A DNA stretch of 64,000 nt from Lama guanicoe. Its lineage: Eukaryota. Shown here piece by piece: positions 63,548-64,000 of this stretch. Location: NCBI GenBank assembly GCA_013239625.1, contig MU053513.1, positions 3,826,303 to 3,890,302 of the forward strand, read 5' to 3'. A program made the position numbers and the translations under genes. Below the pieces are notes generated by a model. The model saw nothing but the letters and a program-made list of their open reading frames with translations. It made no database searches and was not told the DNA's origin. How positions within the stretch are numbered: the first letter of the stretch is position 1; every line of letters begins with the position of its first letter.

Positions 63548-64000
63548 ATAACCGTTTAGTGAATTTGTAATATATCCCCAGATTAGGTGTTAGGAGGCAT
63601 ACAAAAGAAGCAGAAGAGTTGTATCAGAAGGCTATAATTCCTTTTTGGCTTTGTATGAAAAGCCAGTTAGCTTATGTCTAGCATTCTTTTGGTCTTGGAA
63701 TTTGGGGCAGTACTTTGATATTACACTAGACTTGAGGCATCATATTTCTCTTGGAGTTATAATCATACATAGAGCTTCCACGGTCATATCTACATACCTA
63801 AAAATATGGGACTCTCACTGGTTTACTTTGCAGTGATGAGCACTAAAGTACCTTCTGGGATATCAAAATATTTCTTGTTTCTAGTAAGATATTCTGGATA
63901 GTTGCAATCTTTTAATTTTCCTGCCTATTGTATTTCTAAAGCCATAGCAGGTGTTTTCTCTGCCGATGACAGAATATGACCAGACATTGAGTTTTTTTAA

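Noticed and set aside
1..64000. Identity of the host gene; miRNA, tRNA or snoRNA genes
   Set aside because: I could not match the exon candidates to any gene with confidence and saw no recognisable mature miRNA, tRNA or snoRNA sequence, so none is reported.

Overview
AT-rich placental-mammal genomic DNA, most likely deep inside the long introns of a gene transcribed on the + strand. I recognise no intact protein-coding gene, and the supplied ORFs are chance ORFs or L1/LTR remnants. The first ~40 kb is mostly unique sequence with old MIR, L2, L3 and MaLR fragments. It also holds four candidate short + strand exons (2145-2196, 10929-11022, 30423-30474, 39947-39969), a 35-nt U2 snRNA retrocopy with a target-site duplication (TSD), and a good CTCF motif. 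From ~40 to 60.5 kb there is a nested cluster of antisense L1s and solo LTRs. The most unusual object is a ~3.06-kb, relatively young L1 (53826-56886, - strand). It keeps its 5'UTR, ORF1 and 3' end but lacks nearly all of ORF2, with a junction that looks like a splice junction. It has no TSD and sits where about 1.2 kb of the older host L1 is missing. I saw no Alu, B1/B2, Bov-tA, PRE-1 or Can-SINE, and the young L1 resembles camelid L1s as I remember them; the species assignment is an inference. Repeat family names come from recalled consensus motifs, and boundaries are approximate unless a TSD is quoted.
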